The translations under genes were made by a program, and so were the position numbers. The notes beneath the pieces were generated by a model, which was given only the letters and a program-made list of their open reading frames with translations, made no database searches and had not been told where the DNA came from. From Thalassobaculaceae bacterium (GTDB lineage: Bacteria > Pseudomonadota > Alphaproteobacteria > Thalassobaculales > Thalassobaculaceae), in assembly GCA_965228875.1 (NCBI GenBank), contig OZ245843.1, forward strand, positions 2,028,616 to 2,092,615: 64,000 nt of DNA, read 5' to 3'. This document shows, in pieces, positions 60,318 through 64,000 of the stretch. The first letter of the stretch is position 1, and every line of letters begins with the position of its first letter.

Positions 60318-60740
60318 TCACGGTGTCGGCCGTTCGCCCAGATCCTCGAAGAACCGCAGCAGGTAGCCGTCCGGATCGGCAACTACGAACTGACGGTTGC
60401 CGAGTTCCACGGCATCGCGCCGGTACCAGCGGTCCTCCGGCTCCAGGAAGAGCGGAACGCCGACATGGGCCAACGCCTCCAGAAGCGGCGCGACGGCCGG
60501 GACGCGGATCTGCAGGTTGATCCCGCGGCCGAACGGGTAGCGATCGGGTGCATGGCCATCGTCGAAGGTCCGCCCGAGACCGATCTGGTCGATCATGAGT
60601 TCAGCCTCGCCGAGGGCCAGGTAGGCGAAGCCCTCCTCCTCGCGCCGGTAACGCAACTCGAAGCCGAGAACGTCACAGTAGAACGCGAGACTGCGCCGAC
60701 AGTCGCGAACCGCGAGTTCGGGTACGAGAGTGCCGGCCAT
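60318..60740 (-). CDS. VOC/bleomycin-resistance family protein
   Basis: LVPELAV, FYCDVLGF, PFGRGINLQI, DPDGYLLRF. Confidence 0.9.
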   Translation of the reverse strand: MAGTLVPELAVRDCRRSLAFYCDVLGFELRYRREEEGFAYLALGEAELMIDQIGLGRTFDDGHAPDRYPFGRGINLQIRVPAVAPLLEALAHVGVPLFLEPEDRWYRRDAVELGNRQFVVADPDGYLLRFFEDLGERPTP

Positions 60741-60754
60741 CCCGCTCCGCCCCT

Positions 60755-61426
60755 TCAGGCCGGCTTGCGGGCGATGATGAAGACCGCCTTCCTGGAGCCG
60801 GGCTGCCAGTCCTCAGCAATCTCGAAGCCGGTCTCCCTCAGCATCGCCGTCAGTTCGGCACGGGAAAAGAAGGCAAGGCGTGGCAGCAGACCGACCCACC
60901 GTGCGAGCGCGGCCACCGGCCGCAGCCAGGGAGCGATGTCTCTCAGGCAGGCGGTGCTGGTCACGAACACGCCGCCGGGCTTCAGTATCGCGTAGACCTT
61001 CGCGACCGCCGCTCGCGGGTCGGCCAGGAGGTGCAGCAGGTTCAGCGCGAGCACCGCATCCGCGCTGGCCGCGTCGGCCGGAAAGGCATCGAGATCGGTC
61101 TGCCGGAAGACCACGTTGTCGACACCGGCGTCGATCGCCTTGCGGGCCGCGATGCGGATCATCTCCGCCGACAGGTCGGTGGCCAGGATCCGTCGGACAT
61201 GGGGGGCGTGGGCGATCGCCCTCGAGCCCGTACCGCAGCCGAACTCGATCACCTCCATATCCGCGCGCAGGAACGACCGGGTCATCTCGAGCTTGCGGTC
61301 GTAGCTCTCCCGGTCGCTGACCGGGCGCCGCGCATAGCCGGCGGCATGGCGATCCCAGAACCGCGCCGCCGCCGTGTCGCCCGACGCCACCGTCCGGCGA
61401 TCCGTCCGGCGATCCGTCCCTGCCAT
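60755..61426 (-). CDS. Class I SAM-dependent methyltransferase
   Basis: FWDRHA, EFGCGTG, LKPGG. Confidence 0.9.
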   Translation of the reverse strand: MAGTDRRTDRRTVASGDTAAARFWDRHAAGYARRPVSDRESYDRKLEMTRSFLRADMEVIEFGCGTGSRAIAHAPHVRRILATDLSAEMIRIAARKAIDAGVDNVVFRQTDLDAFPADAASADAVLALNLLHLLADPRAAVAKVYAILKPGGVFVTSTACLRDIAPWLRPVAALARWVGLLPRLAFFSRAELTAMLRETGFEIAEDWQPGSRKAVFIIARKPA

Positions 61427-61700
61427 CTCAGTCTCCCACCGTCTGTTCGTGCCGAATACCGGGCGCCCCCGGTATAGGGCCCGTCATGCTGGAAAGGGAA
61501 GCGATCGAATGCGCCCCTCCCGGCTGGCCGGTCGTCCATCGGGAGCCCCTTGCCGGAAGGCGGGTTGACGTCGTGCTCTAACGGCTTGCCGAGTCACCGG
61601 CGCGTGTGGTCTAGCTAGTCGCGTTTCTGCCTGGGGACTTCTGTGCTATCGTCGGTAGCGAGGGGCCGGCGTGGGAGTTCTGTATCCAAGGTACAGGAGC

Positions 61701-62822
61701 ATGATGAGTGCCCTTAGACCCTGCCTGACCGCTTTTGCCGCCGGATTTCTGGCGGCGCTGACGGTTGGCTTTGACGCGCGGGCGGGAGATCTCTCCGGTT
61801 ACTTCACGCTGGACGAGTACTACCAGCTGCACCCGGATCAGGAACGGCTCTCGGCGGCGTTCTCCGAGACCGTCCGCGCTCCGGCGGCGCCGGTTGCGAT
61901 CACCCAGGTCAGACCGGTTCGCGTTCTCGTCGTCTATCCGGGTCTGCAGGTCTCAGACTACTGGCGGCGCAGTGTCGCGACATTCCGCCGCCGGCTGGAG
62001 GAACTGGGAGTGGAGGCCGAGATACTGGACCACTTCACCCGGCCGGGAACCGAGCTTCGCCAGCAGAGCCAGTTGATCCAGCAAGGTCTCGATGCCTCGC
62101 CGGATTACCTCGTCTTCACGCTCGATGCTCTGCGCCATCGCGGCATCGTCGAGCGGATCCTGGCGCTGCGCTCGACAAAGATCATCCTGCAGAACATCAC
62201 GACCCCGATCAGGGCCTTTGAACCGAACCAGCCGTTTCTCTATGTCGGCTTCGACCATGCCGTAGGCTCGAAGATGCTGGCCGACCGGGTCAAGCAGGCG
62301 AAGCCGGACGGCGCCCGCTTCGCCATCCTCTATGGGCCGGAGGGCTATGTGAGCGCGATGCGTGGCGGCGTCTTCCTGGAACAGATGCGGGATCATGGGA
62401 ACTCCTCGCTGGTCGCGTCGTACTACGTCAATTTCGACCGGGAGCGCGCTTACCTGGCCACCAAGGATCTGCTGTCCCGCCATGACGACCTCGACCTGAT
62501 CTATGCCTGCTCCACGGATATCGCGCTTGGCGTCATCGACGCCCTGAAGGAGCTCGGCAAACTCGACGATATCCTGGTCAATGGCTGGGGCGGCGGTGCG
62601 GCGGAGCTTGACGCGATCGCCGCCGGAGAGCTCGACTTCACCGTGATGCGGATGAACGACGACAACGGGATCGCAATGGCCGAGGCGATCCGCATGGACC
62701 TGACCGGCAGGGGGGATTCGGTGCCGAGCGTCTATTCGGGGGACTTCAAACTGGTCGACCGGACAACCTCCAGCGCGGACATGGCCCAGTTGAGAGCGTA
62801 TGCCTTCAGATACTCGAACTGA
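61701..62822 (+). CDS. luxP: Autoinducer-2-binding periplasmic protein LuxP
   Basis: YPGLQVSDYW, LQNITTP, PFLYVGFDH, YACSTD, NGWGGG, VMRMNDD, VYSGDF, AFRYS match Vibrio LuxP along its length. Confidence 0.9.
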   Translation: MMSALRPCLTAFAAGFLAALTVGFDARAGDLSGYFTLDEYYQLHPDQERLSAAFSETVRAPAAPVAITQVRPVRVLVVYPGLQVSDYWRRSVATFRRRLEELGVEAEILDHFTRPGTELRQQSQLIQQGLDASPDYLVFTLDALRHRGIVERILALRSTKIILQNITTPIRAFEPNQPFLYVGFDHAVGSKMLADRVKQAKPDGARFAILYGPEGYVSAMRGGVFLEQMRDHGNSSLVASYYVNFDRERAYLATKDLLSRHDDLDLIYACSTDIALGVIDALKELGKLDDILVNGWGGGAAELDAIAAGELDFTVMRMNDDNGIAMAEAIRMDLTGRGDSVPSVYSGDFKLVDRTTSSADMAQLRAYAFRYSN

Positions 62823-62826
62823 ATCG

Positions 62827-64000
62827 GTGAGCCCAAGGTTCGAGTTGCGGCTGCCCACGCTCGTGGTGTCGGTCTTTGTCGTGCTGGTCGGGGTCATCTC
62901 GCTGATCGTGCTGATCAGCGGCTACCAGATCGCGCGGCGTGCGATCGAGGCCGATGTCGACCGCCATCGCGACGGAACGCAGCAGATCGCCGTCCTCGTG
63001 GTGGACTCCTGGCTCCAGGATGTCCGCCAGCTGCTCGAACTGACAGTGAACGAGAGCGCGTTGAACAGTGCGATGTCGCTCGGCGACGTCGATGCCGTCC
63101 GGGTGCATCTCGCAAGCGTGTTCTATTCGCGCGAAGAAGGGGCGATCGACGTCCTGTTCGCCCATCTGGTCGATGACAACGTTGTCGTCGACGTTGGCGC
63201 GCTTGTTGTCGATCCGGCGGTCCTGCGGCAGGTGGCAATCGAAAACCGGGCCTTCGTGATGAACGACAGGGTCGTGGCCATTGGCGACGACGGCACCCCG
63301 GAGTTCGTGGTTCTGAGCCGACGGGACGTGATCGATCCCGTGACCGGCAGGGTGCTCGGCGCGCTCTATGGCGGCTTCGCGCTGAACGAGAACGTCAGTC
63401 TGCTGTCCGCCTTCAACCAAGCGGCGGGCGCCGCGGCGGCGGCGTTCGAGATCGACGGCCGCCTGACCGCCCCGGTGTCCGGCCCCGGGGTGCCCGCCGA
63501 TCAGGCCAAACGCCTGTACGAGGCCAGCCCCGGCGGCGGCTACGAGCAGTTCCGGAGTGCGTTGCCACTGACCTATCCGGCGGACCGGCCGCTCCACCTG
63601 GTGAGCAGCCACTCGTTGCGGGCCGTCGACGCCCTTGGTCAGAGCTACCGCGCCGCCATTCTTGGCATCGTCGCTTCCGTGCTTGCGGTCTCGGCCGTCG
63701 GCGCCTGGCTGCTGCACCAGCTTACGCTTGGCGCCTCGGGGTCCCTCACCTCCTACGTGGCGGAGGTGAATCGCAGGAACACCGTCGCCCGCTTCCGCAA
63801 GACGGCGGTCCGCGAGTTCAACGAGGTCGGCACCACACTCTCGCATTTCGTCACGGCACTGCGGGAGAGCGAGGAGCGGGCGCTGGCGATCCTGAACAAC
63901 GCGTCGACGGCGATCACCATCAAGTCGGCGGACGGCCACTACGCCTTCGTGAACCGCGAGTTCGAAGTGTCGATGGCACTGTCGAGCATGGAGGTGGTGG
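62827..64000 (+). CDS. LuxQ-like membrane sensor, partial (runs off the window)
   Basis: Manual translation from GTG 62827: TM, periplasmic domain with RRDVIDPVTGRVLGALYGGFALNEN (LuxQ-like), second TM, HAMP-like VREFNEVG, start of a PAS domain; 4 bp after luxP. Confidence 0.75.
   Translation, partial: MSPRFELRLPTLVVSVFVVLVGVISLIVLISGYQIARRAIEADVDRHRDGTQQIAVLVVDSWLQDVRQLLELTVNESALNSAMSLGDVDAVRVHLASVFYSREEGAIDVLFAHLVDDNVVVDVGALVVDPAVLRQVAIENRAFVMNDRVVAIGDDGTPEFVVLSRRDVIDPVTGRVLGALYGGFALNENVSLLSAFNQAAGAAAAAFEIDGRLTAPVSGPGVPADQAKRLYEASPGGGYEQFRSALPLTYPADRPLHLVSSHSLRAVDALGQSYRAAILGIVASVLAVSAVGAWLLHQLTLGASGSLTSYVAEVNRRNTVARFRKTAVREFNEVGTTLSHFVTALRESEERALAILNNASTAITIKSADGHYAFVNREFEVSMALSSMEVV

Overview
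High-GC alphaproteobacterial chromosome segment; gene content suggests a marine Rhodospirillales such as Thalassobaculum (inference). 1-12 kb is housekeeping: partial mtnA, purB, zeta-subunit-like DUF1476, NRDE, purC-purS-[PAS histidine kinase preceded by a 6x15-bp VNTR]-purQ-purL, bolA, grxD. 12-39 kb is mixed metabolic, regulatory and transport content: SulP/USP, diguanylate cyclase, TauD, cold-shock cluster with small ORFs missing from the ORF track, TonB-dependent receptor with a Fur-like box, an AT-rich orphan nuclease-like gene, a TetR-AhpD stress operon and a stand-alone PreA. The most striking element is a co-oriented, largely translationally coupled 14-gene cluster at 39.4-53.0 kb. 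It combines an exported caspase-family protease, CsgG/DUF4384/DUF799-like envelope proteins, a lytic transglycosylase and a split, atypical ExbB/ExbD/TonB-like motor. At its centre is a triad that looks like a divergent ECF sigma factor, a poly-Ala anti-sigma-like protein and a membrane-anchored Lon-type (Ser-Lys) protease. A GAAA-N14/15-TCCATG promoter-like motif recurs before three of the envelope modules. The window ends with a Vibrio-type LuxP AI-2 receptor and a partial LuxQ-like sensor. All family assignments are by-eye motif recognition; no searches were run.
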